A stretch of 64,000 nt of DNA from an uncultured Candidatus Rokubacteria bacterium (GCA_963805625.1 CAWDVE010000017.1:896001-960000), one strand, 5' to 3'; counted from the stretch's first letter, positions 28,497 to 39,547 are shown. The notes: generated by a model not told the origin, from the sequence alone. Translations and numbers: made by a program.

Positions 28497-29591
28497 GTGC
28501 CGCGGACGAGACTAGACGTCCCGTCGGTCGAGCATCTGTCGATCGTTGACGAGGAGGGTCGCGTCGACGAGTCGCTCGAGCCCCCAATTCCTCACGAGGA
28601 CCTCCGCCGCCTTTACCGTACTTTTCTCCTCGGCCGGCGCTTCGACGAGCGGATGCTGCGCCTCCAGCGCCAGGGACGCATCGGCACCTTCGGGCCCATT
28701 CGCGGCCACGAGGCCGCCGTGCTGGGGAGCGTCTACGCGCTCCGCGCGACGGACTGGATGGTGCCCTACTATCGCGAGTGGCCCGCGTACATGTGGCGCG
28801 GCTGGCCGCTCGACAACCTCATCCTCTACTACGCGGGGTACGCCGAGGGGATGCGCGTTCCCGACGGTGTGCGGGATCTGCCGCTCTGCATCCCGATCGC
28901 GAGCCAGATTCCGCACGCGGTCGGCCTCGCCTGCGCGAGCCGGTACAAGGGCGAGGACAGCGTGACGATGGTCTACTTCGGCGACGGCGCCTCGTCCCAC
29001 GGCGACTGCCAGGAGGCGATGAACTTCGCCGGCGTCTTCCAGGCTCCGCTGGTCTTCTTCTGCCTGAACAACCAGTGGGCCATCTCGCTGCCACGGGCGA
29101 AGCAGACCCACGCGCGGACGCTCGCGCAGAAGGCGATCGCGTACGGCTTTCCCGGGATCCAGGTGGACGGCAACGACCTGCTCGCCTGCTACGTGGCGAC
29201 GCGCGAGGCCGTCGATCGCGCGCGGCGCGGCGAGGGGCCAACGCTGATCGAGGCCCTGACATACCGGCTGTCGCTCCACACCACGGCGGACGACCCGACG
29301 AAATATCGCGACGAAGCCGAGGTCAAGGAGTGGGAGGCCCGGGAGCCCTTCCCCCGGTTCCGGCGGTACCTCGAGGGGAAGGGCATCCTCGCCGCCGCCG
29401 GGGAAGCGGCGCTCGAGGCCGAGATCGACACGGAAATCCGGAACGCGGTCGAGCGCGCCGAGGCTCGGATGCAGGCGAACCTCGTCGACGGCTTCGAGCA
29501 CGTCTACGCGGAGCCGACGCAGGAGCTGCGGGCCCAGCGCGAGGAGCTCTTGCGCGAGCTCGCCGTGGCCGGCGAGGCGGCACACGGGTAA
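28497..29591 (+). CDS. pdhA: Pyruvate/2-oxoacid dehydrogenase E1 alpha
   Basis: LQRQGRIG, TPP motif GDGASS...NN, HTTADDP. Confidence 0.9.
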   Translation: MPRTRLDVPSVEHLSIVDEEGRVDESLEPPIPHEDLRRLYRTFLLGRRFDERMLRLQRQGRIGTFGPIRGHEAAVLGSVYALRATDWMVPYYREWPAYMWRGWPLDNLILYYAGYAEGMRVPDGVRDLPLCIPIASQIPHAVGLACASRYKGEDSVTMVYFGDGASSHGDCQEAMNFAGVFQAPLVFFCLNNQWAISLPRAKQTHARTLAQKAIAYGFPGIQVDGNDLLACYVATREAVDRARRGEGPTLIEALTYRLSLHTTADDPTKYRDEAEVKEWEAREPFPRFRRYLEGKGILAAAGEAALEAEIDTEIRNAVERAEARMQANLVDGFEHVYAEPTQELRAQREELLRELAVAGEAAHG

Positions 29592-29630
29592 TGCACCGGA
29601 CGGCACCCGAGGACCGACGAGGAGCCGGCG

Positions 29631-30620
29631 ATGACTGAGCCCCGGAAGCTGACGATGGTCCAGGCCATCAACCTCGCCCTCATGCAGGAGATGGAGCGGG
29701 ACGACGACGTCCTGGTGCTCGGCGAGGACATCGGCGTCGACGGGGGCGTGTTCCGCGTGACGGACGGCCTCCTCGCGAAGTTCGGGGAGCAGCGCGTCAT
29801 CGACACGCCGCTGGCCGAGGGCGCCATCGTGGGCATGGCCATCGGCATGGCGATCTACGGGCTGAAGCCCGTGCCGGAGATCCAGTTCTCCGGCTTCTCC
29901 TTCCAGGCCTTCCACCAGATCGAGAATCACGCGGCGCGATACCGGGCCCGAACGCGGGGGCGCTATCACATCCAAATGGTCGTGCGGATGCCATACGGCG
30001 GTGGCGTGCGCGCCCTCGAGCACCACTCCGAGAGCGAAGAGGCGTACTACGCGCACACGCCGGGCCTGAAGATCGTGATCCCGTCCAGCCCCCGGTCCGC
30101 GCGCGCCCTCCTGGTCAGTGCGATCCGCGATCCGGACACGGTGATCTTCTTCGAGCCGAAGGCCCTCTACCACGCCGTCAAGGAGGAGGTCCCGGTGGCC
30201 GAGGAGGCCTGGCCCATCGGGAAGGCGCGCGTCGCCCGGGAGGGCAAGGACCTGACGCTGATCGCCTACGGGGCCATGCTCCACCGCTGCCTCGAGGTCG
30301 CCGAGCGGGTCCACGCTGAGGACGGGGCCGAGGTCGAGGTGGTCGACCTCCTGTCGATCTCGCCCATGGACACGGAGACGATCGCCGCGTCCGCCCGCAA
30401 GACGGGGCGCGTGGTCGTCGCCCATGAGGCCCAGCGCAGCTTTGGCGTCGGCGCCGAGGTCGTGGCGCGGGTCGTGGAGACCGCCTTCCTCCAGCTCGAA
30501 GCGCCCGTGCGGCGCGTCACCGCGTTCGACATCGTCTACCCGGGCTTCGCGCGCGAGCGCGGCTGGCTGCCGGGGCCGGACCGCGTGCTGCGCGCCGTCC
30601 GGGAAACGCTCGCCTTCTAG
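29631..30620 (+). CDS. pdhB: 2-oxoacid dehydrogenase E1 beta
   Basis: GEDIG..GGVFR, DTPLAE, EIQF, EHHSES. Confidence 0.92.
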   Translation: MTEPRKLTMVQAINLALMQEMERDDDVLVLGEDIGVDGGVFRVTDGLLAKFGEQRVIDTPLAEGAIVGMAIGMAIYGLKPVPEIQFSGFSFQAFHQIENHAARYRARTRGRYHIQMVVRMPYGGGVRALEHHSESEEAYYAHTPGLKIVIPSSPRSARALLVSAIRDPDTVIFFEPKALYHAVKEEVPVAEEAWPIGKARVAREGKDLTLIAYGAMLHRCLEVAERVHAEDGAEVEVVDLLSISPMDTETIAASARKTGRVVVAHEAQRSFGVGAEVVARVVETAFLQLEAPVRRVTAFDIVYPGFARERGWLPGPDRVLRAVRETLAF

Positions 30621-30654
30621 CCGGCGCCAGGGTCGCGCCGCGCCTCCGCGTCCG

Positions 30655-31977
30655 ATGGCGAGAGACTTCAAGCTGCCCGACCTCGGAGAAGGTCTCACCG
30701 AGGCCGAGATCGTCCGCGTTCTCGTCGCCCAGGGCGACGAGATCAAGGAGGATCAGGCCGTCCTCCTCGTGGAGACCGAGAAGGCCCAGGTGGAGCTGCC
30801 CTCGCCCTTCGGCGGACGCGTGGCCGCCGTGCACGTCCAGGCCGGCCAGCGCGTGAAGGTCGGTGCGGTGCTACTGAGCTTCGCCGACGGGGGAGGCGCT
30901 GTCCGGACCGCGCCGCTGGCGGCCGCGCCGCCGGTACGTGCCGCCGCTCCCGCGCCAAGCGCCTCGGCGCCGCCCGCGCCGCCCGTGACCGGCCTTCCGC
31001 CCGCAGCCACGCCCTCCACCCGCCGGCTCGCGCGCGAGCTCGGCGTGGACCTCGGGCACGTCCGCGGAACGGGCCCCGGCGGCCGAGTCTCGGACGAGGA
31101 CGTTCGAGCCGCTGCGGGCGCGCGCGGCGTGGCCCCGGCGCCGGCCGCGCCGAGCCCGCCGGCGCCGCCGTCCTCGAGCGCCGCGAGGCCCCCGGCCCCG
31201 GCCGGGCCGGCCGAGGCCGCCCGGCCTCTGGCTGGCCCCATCGCTCTGTCCCCGCTCCCGCGGTTCGAGCAGTGGGGGCCGGTCGAGCGGGAGCCGCTCC
31301 GCGGGATCCGGCGGCGCAGCGCCGAGCACCTGTCGCTCGCCTGGGCGGTGATCCCGCACGTCACCCAGCACGACGAGGCCGACGTCACCGAGCTCGAGAC
31401 GATGCGGCGCCGCCACCAGAAGCGGGGAGGCGAGGGAAGCGCAGACCTGACCCTGACGGCTTTCCTGATCAAGGCGGTGGCGACCGCCCTCCGGACGCAC
31501 CCGCGCTTCAACGCGAGCCTGGACCAGGCGACGGGTGAGCTTGTCCTCAAGCGTTACTACAACATCGGCGTCGCGGTGGACACGGGCCAGGGGCTCGTGG
31601 TCCCGGTGGTGCGGGGCGTCGACGGCAAGGGGATTCGAGACCTGGCGGCCGAGCTCGCGCGGCTCGTCACGCGAACGCGCGAGGGAAAGGCGACCCTCGA
31701 GGATCTCCGGAGCGGGACGTTCACCGTGACCAACACCGGAGCCCTCGGAGGCACCGGCGCCACGCCGATCATCAACTATCCCGAGGTCGCGATCCTCGGC
31801 GTCGGTCGCGCTCGTCCGACGCCGGTCGTCCGGGACGGCCAGATCGTGCCGCGGCTCGTCCTGCCGCTATCGCTTGCCTTCGACCACCGGGTCATCGACG
31901 GCATGGAGGCGGCGCGCTTCTCCACCGAACTCGTCGGCCTCCTCGAAGCTCCCGAGCGCCTCTTCCTCGAGGGGTAG
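30655..31977 (+). CDS. pdhC: Dihydrolipoamide acyltransferase E2
   Basis: Lipoyl domain (LPDLGEG...ETEKA), E3-binding domain (ATPSTRRLARELGVDL), catalytic DHRVIDG. Confidence 0.92.
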   Translation: MARDFKLPDLGEGLTEAEIVRVLVAQGDEIKEDQAVLLVETEKAQVELPSPFGGRVAAVHVQAGQRVKVGAVLLSFADGGGAVRTAPLAAAPPVRAAAPAPSASAPPAPPVTGLPPAATPSTRRLARELGVDLGHVRGTGPGGRVSDEDVRAAAGARGVAPAPAAPSPPAPPSSSAARPPAPAGPAEAARPLAGPIALSPLPRFEQWGPVEREPLRGIRRRSAEHLSLAWAVIPHVTQHDEADVTELETMRRRHQKRGGEGSADLTLTAFLIKAVATALRTHPRFNASLDQATGELVLKRYYNIGVAVDTGQGLVVPVVRGVDGKGIRDLAAELARLVTRTREGKATLEDLRSGTFTVTNTGALGGTGATPIINYPEVAILGVGRARPTPVVRDGQIVPRLVLPLSLAFDHRVIDGMEAARFSTELVGLLEAPERLFLEG

Positions 31978-31991
31978 GGAGGCCGGCGTCC

Positions 31992-33416
31992 GTGGTCATG
32001 GGCGAGCTACCCCGCGAGGCCGACGTCGTCGTCCTGGGGGGCGGCCCGGGCGGGTATGCGGCCGCCTTCCGCGCCGCCGATCTCGGGCTCGACACCGTCC
32101 TCGTCGAGGCGCGCGGCGCGCTCGGCGGTGAGTGCCTCCACGTCGGCTGCATTCCTTCCAAGGCGCTCCTCGGCATCGCCGCGCTGATCCACGACGCAGC
32201 CGAGGCGGCGGACGCGGGCGTCGCGTTCGGCCCGCCTCGCGTCGATGCCGCGAAGCTGCGCGCCTGGACCCAGCGGTCCATCGGTCGCCTCGCCCAGGGG
32301 CTGGCTGCCCTCGCCAAGGCGCGCGGCGTCGACGTGGTGGCGGGCCGCGGGCGCTTCGAGACCGACGGCTCGATCCGGGTGTCGCGCGACGACGCGCCGC
32401 CGGCGACGCTCAGGTTCAAGCACGTGATCATCGCCACGGGCTCGCGGCCCGCGGCGCTCCCCGGGCTCGAGCCCGGCCCTCGCGTGTGGGATTCGACCGC
32501 GGCGCTCGAGCTGTCCGCCGTGCCGGCGCGGCTCCTGGTGGTGGGCGGCGGCTACATCGGGCTCGAGCTCGGGAGCGTCTACGCGGCGCTCGGGACCGAG
32601 GTCACGGTGGTGGAGCTCCTCGACGGAATTCTGCCGGGGGTCGATCGGGACCTGGTGACACCGCTCGCCCGCCGGCTCGGAAAGCGGTTCAAGCAGATCC
32701 TGCTCGGGACCAAGCTCACGGGAATGCGCGACGAGGGGGGCGTTCTGACCGTGGAGCTGGCCAGCGAAGGGGCGCCGAAGCACCTCGAGGTCGACCAGCT
32801 CCTGGTGGCAGTGGGGCGACGTCCCCTCACGGACGATCTCGGGCTCGAGCACACCCGCGCGGCGCGGGACGCGCGCGGCTTCATCGTGGTGGACGCCCAG
32901 CGCCGCACGGCGGACACACGAGTGTTCGCCATCGGGGACGTGGCGGGCGAGCCGATGCTCGCCCACAAGGCGATGGCGGAGGGCCTGGTCGCGGCGGAGG
33001 CCGCCGCCGGGCGCCCGGCCGCGTTCGAGCCACTGGCGATCCCGGCGGTCGTGTTCACGGATCCGGAGGTCGCGTGGTGCGGCCTGATGGAGGCGGAGGC
33101 GCGCGCCCGTGGCATCGAGGCGCGAACGGCGAAGGTCCCGTGGAGCGCGTCGGGACGCGCCGTCGCCATGGGGCGGCTTGATGGGCTGACCAAGCTCGTG
33201 TTCGAGACCGCATCCGGCCGGCTGCTTGGAGTGGGCCTGGTCGGGCCCCATGCCGGCGACCTGCTCGCCGAGGGCACGCTCGCCGTCGAGATGGGTGCGG
33301 TGGCCGAGGACCTCGCCGGGACGATTCATATGCACCCCACGCTTTCCGAGACATTGGGCGAGGCGGCTGAGCTCTTCCTCGGACGCCCGATCCACCTTCC
33401 GCCGCCACGCTCCTGA
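31992..33416 (+). CDS. lpdA: Dihydrolipoamide dehydrogenase E3
   Basis: GGGPGGY, CLHVGCIPSK, GGGYIGLE, HPTLSE. Confidence 0.94.
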   Translation: MVMGELPREADVVVLGGGPGGYAAAFRAADLGLDTVLVEARGALGGECLHVGCIPSKALLGIAALIHDAAEAADAGVAFGPPRVDAAKLRAWTQRSIGRLAQGLAALAKARGVDVVAGRGRFETDGSIRVSRDDAPPATLRFKHVIIATGSRPAALPGLEPGPRVWDSTAALELSAVPARLLVVGGGYIGLELGSVYAALGTEVTVVELLDGILPGVDRDLVTPLARRLGKRFKQILLGTKLTGMRDEGGVLTVELASEGAPKHLEVDQLLVAVGRRPLTDDLGLEHTRAARDARGFIVVDAQRRTADTRVFAIGDVAGEPMLAHKAMAEGLVAAEAAAGRPAAFEPLAIPAVVFTDPEVAWCGLMEAEARARGIEARTAKVPWSASGRAVAMGRLDGLTKLVFETASGRLLGVGLVGPHAGDLLAEGTLAVEMGAVAEDLAGTIHMHPTLSETLGEAAELFLGRPIHLPPPRS

Positions 33417-33507
33417 CGCGCGTCCTCGTCCCTCCGGGCTGAGCCCCGCGGCGCCGCGCGCCACCTCGCTACTGCCTCGCCGCCACGTTGCTGCCAGTAG
33501 CGGGTCG

Positions 33508-34776
33508 ATGAGTCGCCCGGTCCTCCTCGCCGCGCTGGGCGTCCTGACGGTCTCGCTGGACACCGCCGTCAACATCGCTTTCCCGGCAATCTCCGCCGCG
33601 TTCCAGGTAGCGGCCACCTCGATCCAATGGATCGTCCTCACCTACATGGTCACCTTCGCCATCGCCCTCATTCCCGCCGGCTGGCTTGCCGACCGGATCG
33701 GACATGCACGCGTCTTCCAGGGAGGTCTCGCCCTCACTGGCGTGGCGCACGTCCTGTGCGGGCTCGCGCCGGCGTGGACGTGGCTGCTCGGGGCGCGCGT
33801 CGTGCAGGGGCTGGGGGCGGCGCTCGTGATGGCGAGCGCACCCGCCCTCGTCACCCTGTCGATGGAAGCGGACCGGCGCGGACGGGCCCTCGGCCGGCTG
33901 GGACTGGCGGCGAGTCTCGGTGCTGTCGTGGGACCCCTCGGAGGCGGGGTCCTCATCGAGGCGCTGGGCTGGCGTGTCGCGTACCTGGGGCGGCTCCCCC
34001 TCGTGGCGGTCGCGCTCGGGCTATGCTGGGCGCTCCCCGAGAGGACGGTGTCGCCGAGATCGACCCATCCCGACATTGGCCCCCCGCCGCCGGCCGTCCT
34101 GGGGGACGCCCCGCCCGTGGGGAGCGTCGCCAGGGGCCTCATCGACCCCCGGACCTTCGCGCTCGCGAACGCGGCGCATCTTCTTGCGTTCGTGGCGCTC
34201 TTCGCCGTCTGGCTCCTCGTACCCTACTACTTGATCGACCGGCGAGGCTTCTCGGCGGGGTTGGGGGGCGTCCTTTTCACGACCGGGCCGCTCGCGCAGG
34301 CGTGCGCAGCCCCGCTGGGGGGGCGGCTGGCCGATCGGGGCGCCGGCCGCTGGCTCGCACCGCTGGCCCTTGCCATCGAGGGCGTCGGGCTCTGGCTCAC
34401 GGGACGTCTCGACGACGTTGCGACCCCGGCGCGCATTTCCTTGGCCCTCGGGCTCGGCGGCTTCGGCTCCGGGCTCTTCCTCGTCGCCAACATGCACTAC
34501 GTCATGGCCGCGCTGTCACCGTCGCGCCAGGGCATGGCGGGGAGCTTGGTCGCGCTCATGCGGACGGCGGGGGTTGTCGTGGGGGCGAACGTGACGACCG
34601 CCGTCTACGCTGCGCGCCTGGCTGCCCACGCCCATCTCGGGGAGGGGGGAGCCGCCTCATCGGCCTTCACCGACGCCTTCGGCGTGGCGGCGGCGGTCGC
34701 GGGGGCCGCGGCGCTCCTGAGCCTGGTGCCACCACGCGCGCGCGATGCGGCCGGCGGCAGCACCTCCACGCCTTGA
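33508..34776 (+). CDS. MFS drug/metabolite efflux-type transporter
   Basis: GWLADRIG, ARVVQGLG, GPLGGG. Confidence 0.87.
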   Translation: MSRPVLLAALGVLTVSLDTAVNIAFPAISAAFQVAATSIQWIVLTYMVTFAIALIPAGWLADRIGHARVFQGGLALTGVAHVLCGLAPAWTWLLGARVVQGLGAALVMASAPALVTLSMEADRRGRALGRLGLAASLGAVVGPLGGGVLIEALGWRVAYLGRLPLVAVALGLCWALPERTVSPRSTHPDIGPPPPAVLGDAPPVGSVARGLIDPRTFALANAAHLLAFVALFAVWLLVPYYLIDRRGFSAGLGGVLFTTGPLAQACAAPLGGRLADRGAGRWLAPLALAIEGVGLWLTGRLDDVATPARISLALGLGGFGSGLFLVANMHYVMAALSPSRQGMAGSLVALMRTAGVVVGANVTTAVYAARLAAHAHLGEGGAASSAFTDAFGVAAAVAGAAALLSLVPPRARDAAGGSTSTP

Positions 34777-34843
34777 CACCCCTCGCGCGACCGGTGTATA
34801 CCCCGTCGCGACGGCGTCGCCGTTCGGACGCGAGGGCCCTTCC

Positions 34844-35425
34844 GTGACGCGTATCCCCGAGCCGAGCCGAGATCAGCTGGACCCCGAGGTGCGGGAGCTC
34901 TACGACCGCATCGCCCGGACGCGCGGCGCCACGCGCGGACCGTACGTCGTCCTGCTTCATCACCCAGCCCTGTGCGAGCGCGTCGCCGCGCTCGGCGAGC
35001 TGCTGCGCTTCGGGTCGGGGTTGCCGGGCGCGGACCGCGAGCTCGCGATCCTCACCGCCGGCCGCGAGGCCGAGGCGCCTTACGAGTGGGCAGCCCACGA
35101 GCCCATCGCGCTCCGGGAGGGCACCCGGACCGAGGCGATCGCGGTCGTGCGCGAGGACCGACCGACGCACGGGCTCCGGCCGCGCGAGGCCGTCATCGTC
35201 GACACCGTGCGCGCGATCTATCGAGCCCGCCACCTCACGGCCGATCAGTTCGCGCGCGCCGACACGGAGCTCGGACGCCAAGGTTTGATCGAGCTCGTGA
35301 CGCTCGCGGGCTACTACGGGATGATCGCCGCGATCCTCAACGCCTACGAGGTGGATCTACCTCCCGGCACGACCCCCGCCTTTGGCCGCCGAGCGGGTGG
35401 CGAGGCCTCCCCGGAGAGACGCTAG
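34844..35425 (+). CDS. Carboxymuconolactone decarboxylase (AhpD-like) family protein
   Basis: GPY..LLHHP, RELAIL, YEWAAH, LAGYY. Confidence 0.87.
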   Translation: MTRIPEPSRDQLDPEVRELYDRIARTRGATRGPYVVLLHHPALCERVAALGELLRFGSGLPGADRELAILTAGREAEAPYEWAAHEPIALREGTRTEAIAVVREDRPTHGLRPREAVIVDTVRAIYRARHLTADQFARADTELGRQGLIELVTLAGYYGMIAAILNAYEVDLPPGTTPAFGRRAGGEASPERR

Positions 35426-35457
35426 ACGATCGCAGGGTCCGCCCGAGCCCGCGGCGC

Positions 35458-35976
35458 TCACCGCTGATCGGCCAGAGCGCGGATCCAGTTGTGATGGGCC
35501 TCGTAGTGCTCCCACGTGTTGCCGGCAATCCACGCCGCCGCCGCACCGCCATCGCTCTCCGCGCCGGGTGGAACGACGTCCGCGACCGTGCCGGCGACGG
35601 CGCGATCACCGAGGGCGGCGAGCCTGGCGCGCGCCGCCCGGTGGCTCGCCCGGGCAGCGTTCAGGACCTCGGTCAGCGGGCGGTGCCGGTGGCGGGTGAA
35701 GATCGCGGCGTTCACGGTGTCCTCGTCCTGGGCGAGCGTGGCCTCGTCGAGACCGAGCGCCTCGTGAGTCGGCCGCCCCGCCAGACGAGCCAGGAACGCA
35801 TCCTCCCAGGCGGCCACGTGCATGACGTGGTCCTTCACTGCCCATCCCGCTGGATCGCGGATGTCGGTGAGCTGGGCCTGGGTGAGACGGCCCAGGGGGC
35901 TCTCGAGGGCCTCCCACGCCCGATCCAGCCGGGACAGGAGCTCCGCCGTCGTCTTCGGGGTCGAGTCGCTCATCAT
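35458..35976 (-). CDS. DinB/DfsB-like four-helix-bundle protein
   Basis: WAVKDHVMHVAAWE ... NTWEHYEAH. Confidence 0.85.
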   Translation of the reverse strand: MMSDSTPKTTAELLSRLDRAWEALESPLGRLTQAQLTDIRDPAGWAVKDHVMHVAAWEDAFLARLAGRPTHEALGLDEATLAQDEDTVNAAIFTRHRHRPLTEVLNAARASHRAARARLAALGDRAVAGTVADVVPPGAESDGGAAAAWIAGNTWEHYEAHHNWIRALADQR

Positions 35977-36134
35977 CCACCTCCCGGGAAGGGGTCAGCG
36001 AGTGAACTGCCTCGATGGGCTCAGACCCCGGACCTGGCCGCGCGTGAAATCCATCCCGCCAGCGGGTCTGGCGCGGGCGGGAGTCCGGCCCGCGGTTCCC
36101 CGGCTCACCGTGGAGGGGTTATCCTGTCAGCGGG

Positions 36135-36792
36135 ATGGCAACCTTCGCGCTCGTTCACGGCGCGGGGCACGGCGCCTGGTGCTGGGAACGCCTGATTCCG
36201 ATCCTCGAGGGGCTCGGGCACCGGACGTTCGCCATGGACCCCCCGTGCGAGGATCGCACCGCGGGCCCCGAGCGCTACGCTGAGGTCGTCGATCGGGCGC
36301 TGCCCCCCGCGAGCGACCTGGTGCTGATCGGCCACTCCCTCGGCGGGTTGACCGTTCCCCTGGTCGCGGTGCGCCGTCCGGTGCCGCGGTTCATCTTCCT
36401 GTGCGCGCTGATTCCCGAGTTCAAGCGAAGCCTGGCGGACCCGGTTGCGGCCGACCCGAGCTGTACCATCCCGGTGTTGCGCTCGGACCCCGGCCGCGTG
36501 ACGCGACGTCTTCTGCCAGGACTGCACTCCGGAGGACGTCAGCTGGCTATTTGCGCACCTGCGGCCCCAGGCGGCTGCTCCCCGGCGCGAGCCGTGCCCC
36601 CTGTCGGCCTCGCCCACGGGCGAGAAGGCGTACGTCCTCTGCCGGGAGGACCGGGCCATCTCACCCGCTTGGTCGCGCCGCGTCGCGCGCGAGCGCCTGG
36701 GTGTCGAGCCGATCGAGCTCGACGGGAGCCACTCGCCCTTCATCTCCCGGCCCTCGATCCTCGCCGGCGTGCTCGACCGCCTTGCGCGCTGA
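36135..36792 (+). pseudogene. Alpha/beta hydrolase disrupted by a frameshift/deletion near 36500
   Basis: LVHGAGHGAWCW and GHSLGG in one frame; catalytic Asp/His region (LCREDRAI...GSHSPFISRP) in the +1 frame, from 36502 to TGA 36792. Confidence 0.8.
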
Positions 36793-36885
36793 CCTCACGC
36801 GAGCCGGTAAGTCCGCGATGCTAAGATGCTCGCGCTCGACATGCGGCTGGCGCGATCCGAGATTTCTGACGCGGGAGGCACGCGT

Positions 36886-38295
36886 ATGACGTCCGACGAG
36901 CTCTGCTGGCTGTCCGCCACCGACCTGGCGGCTCTCATCCGCCGCCGCAAGGTCTCGCCCGTCGAGGTCATCGACGCGGTGTTGGAGCGAATCGGACGCC
37001 TGAACCCCCAGATCAACGCGTACGTCACGGTCACCGCCGACGAGGCCCGGCGGGCGGCGCGTGCAGCCGAGCGGGCGCTCGGCGGTCGCCGGGCCGCGCT
37101 GGGGCCGCTCCACGGGGTGCCGTTCTCGGTCAAGGATCTCGTCATCACCCGGGGGGTGCGGACGACGTTCGGCACCCCCCTCTTCGCCGACAACGTCCCG
37201 ACCGAGGACGCTCCGATGGTCGCCCGTCTGAAGGCGGCCGGCGCCATCATGGTCGGCAAGACCAACACGCCGACCATGGGCTGGCTGGGCGCGACCCACA
37301 ACCTGCTCTTCGGGGCGACCCGGAACCCGTGGCGCCTGGATCGCACCCCGGGCGGCTCGAGCGGCGGCGCGTCCGCGGCGGTCGCGGCCGGCCTCGCCCC
37401 GATCGCCATCGGGACGGACGGGGGCGGCTCGATCCGGATTCCGGCCTCGTTCGCGGGTATCTTCGGCCACAAGCCCTCCTACGGTCGGATCCCGACGTAT
37501 CCCGCGAGCGCGGCGTGGAGCGTCTCCCACATCGGCCCGATGACGCGAACCGTGGCGGACGCCGCCCTGGCGATGCAGATCTGCGCGGGGCCCGACGAGC
37601 GCGACCAGTACTCGCTCCCCCGGAGCGGGGTGAACTACGTCCGGGCGATCCGCGGTGGGGTCAAGGGGCTCCGGGTCGCCTATGCCGAGGACTTGGGCAA
37701 CGTGACGGCGCTGGATCCTGAGGTGCGACAGGCCGTGGCCCGGGCGGCCCGCACGTTCCGCGAGCTCGGCTGTCGGGTGGAGACGGTGGCCCCGCGCTGG
37801 CCGTCGCCCGCCGAATGCTGGTACGAGATCTTCTGCGGGGGGGTCGCGACGCGGCTCCTCCCGTATCGAGACCGGCGCGACGACATCGAGCCGGGCCTCC
37901 AGGCGATCATCGAGGCGACCGCCGCGAACCCGCCGAGCCGTTACGTCCAGGCCTGGTTCGATCGGCTCGCGTGGTGGCAGCACCCGCGTGCGCTCTTCGA
38001 GCGCTATGACCTCCTGCTGACGCCGACGGTCGCGTGCCCGCCCTTCCGGCTCGGTCTTGACCATCCGGGCGAGGTCGCGGGCAAGACGGTCGTGCCCTAC
38101 GGGTGGCTTCCCTACACCTATCCCTTCAACCTGACGGGGCAGCCTGCGGCGTCGGTCCCGTGCGGCTTCACCGGGGAGGGGCTGCCGATCGGGCTCCAGA
38201 TCGTGGGCCGCCGGTTCGACGACCCGACGGTGCTCCGAGCGGCGGCGGCGTTCGAGCAGGCCCGGCCCTGGGCCAACGCGCGTCCCGGCCTGTAG
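36886..38295 (+). CDS. Amidase signature family protein
   Basis: VKD, GGSSGG, GTDGGGSIRIPAS. Confidence 0.94.
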   Translation: MTSDELCWLSATDLAALIRRRKVSPVEVIDAVLERIGRLNPQINAYVTVTADEARRAARAAERALGGRRAALGPLHGVPFSVKDLVITRGVRTTFGTPLFADNVPTEDAPMVARLKAAGAIMVGKTNTPTMGWLGATHNLLFGATRNPWRLDRTPGGSSGGASAAVAAGLAPIAIGTDGGGSIRIPASFAGIFGHKPSYGRIPTYPASAAWSVSHIGPMTRTVADAALAMQICAGPDERDQYSLPRSGVNYVRAIRGGVKGLRVAYAEDLGNVTALDPEVRQAVARAARTFRELGCRVETVAPRWPSPAECWYEIFCGGVATRLLPYRDRRDDIEPGLQAIIEATAANPPSRYVQAWFDRLAWWQHPRALFERYDLLLTPTVACPPFRLGLDHPGEVAGKTVVPYGWLPYTYPFNLTGQPAASVPCGFTGEGLPIGLQIVGRRFDDPTVLRAAAAFEQARPWANARPGL

Positions 38296-38297
38296 CA

Positions 38298-39547
38298 GTG
38301 GCGGGCTGGCTCTTCGCGGCGGCCGTCGACATCCGGCTGGCGGCTCTCGTGATCCTGGGCCTTCATCCGGAGAGCTACGAGTACGAGCGTCAGGCGCGCA
38401 GTCTGCTCGCCGGGGAGGGGTACCGGTACGTCCATCTGGGCACGCCTCACCTGGTGCTCGGGCCGCCTCTGTTCCGTTCCTCTGCGCGGGCCTCTATCGC
38501 GCCTTCGGTGACAGCCCGCTCTCGGTGATCCTGGCCCAGATCGGCGCCTCGTCGCTGATCCCGGTCGTGATCGCGCGCATCGCGCGCGAGGCCGACGTGG
38601 CCCGCCGGTGGGAGTGGGTGGCGGCGCTGCCCGCCATGGTGCACCCAGGCCTGGTCGTGTACGCGGTTCACAAGCTTCACCCGTTGCCGTTCGACGCCCT
38701 GCTGCTCAGCTTGACCGTGCTCTCCGTGATGCGCCTGGCTTCCGCGTCCAGTCTCGGCTCCCACGTCCGGGCGGGTCTCGTGCTGGGACTCGCGACCCTG
38801 TCGCGCGCCACCGTCGCCATGTTCGCCCTGCCCACCGCCGTGTGGCTGGTAGCGGTCGCGCCCGACCGCGGGCGCCGGCGCGCCGCGCTCGGCATCGCGC
38901 TGTTCCTCGGAACCGCCGTGCTCGTGGTCCTGCCGTGGACGGTGCGCAACTGCGTGGTGCTCAACCGATTCGTGTTCGTCACGACGGATACGGCCGAGCT
39001 CTTCTGGCGGGGCAACAACCCGGTCGCGACGGAATCCGCCGTCCTCCTGGACGGGCGCTCGATCTTCGCCCGAGCCCCCGAAGCGTTCCGTCGGGAGATC
39101 CTCACGCGGGACGAGCTGGGCCAGGTTGACCTGTTCCGGCAGACGGCCCGCGCGTTCGTGCGGGAGCATCCGAGGGAGTTCACCGCGCTCGTGGTCCGGA
39201 AATGGGCGTCGTTCTGGTGGTTTCCAGCCAGCGCGGGCCTTCGCTACCCCGGCTGATGGCTGGTCCTCTACCGGGTGTTCTACGTGGCGCTCCTGACGGG
39301 AGCGGTCCTGGGCGTCGTCGCGGCCTGGAGCCGCGCCGACCGGGGCGGCCGCCAGCGGCTCGTCCTCCTGCTGCTGATGCTCGGGTGCATCTTGGCCGCA
39401 CAGAGTCTCTTCTACGTGGACGTTCGCCACCGCTGGGGCGTCGAGCCGCTTCTCGGGATCTTCCTGGCGTTCGCCGCGGGATGGTGGCGGGAGCCGCCGC
39501 GAGAGCGGGAAGGACGTGCCCTTGACGGGCCCGCCGCCATTGCCTGA
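38298..39547 (+). pseudogene. ArnT/PMT-like (GT-C) membrane glycosyltransferase, disrupted
   Basis: Frameshift near 38477 and in-frame TGA at 39254-39256; motifs PWTVRN and FWRGNNP. The hydrophobic C-terminus continues in the same frame after the stop. Confidence 0.7.

Noticed and set aside
39254-39256. Selenocysteine readthrough of the in-frame TGA in the glycosyltransferase
   Set aside because: Not a redox site, no evident SECIS, and the gene also has a frameshift.
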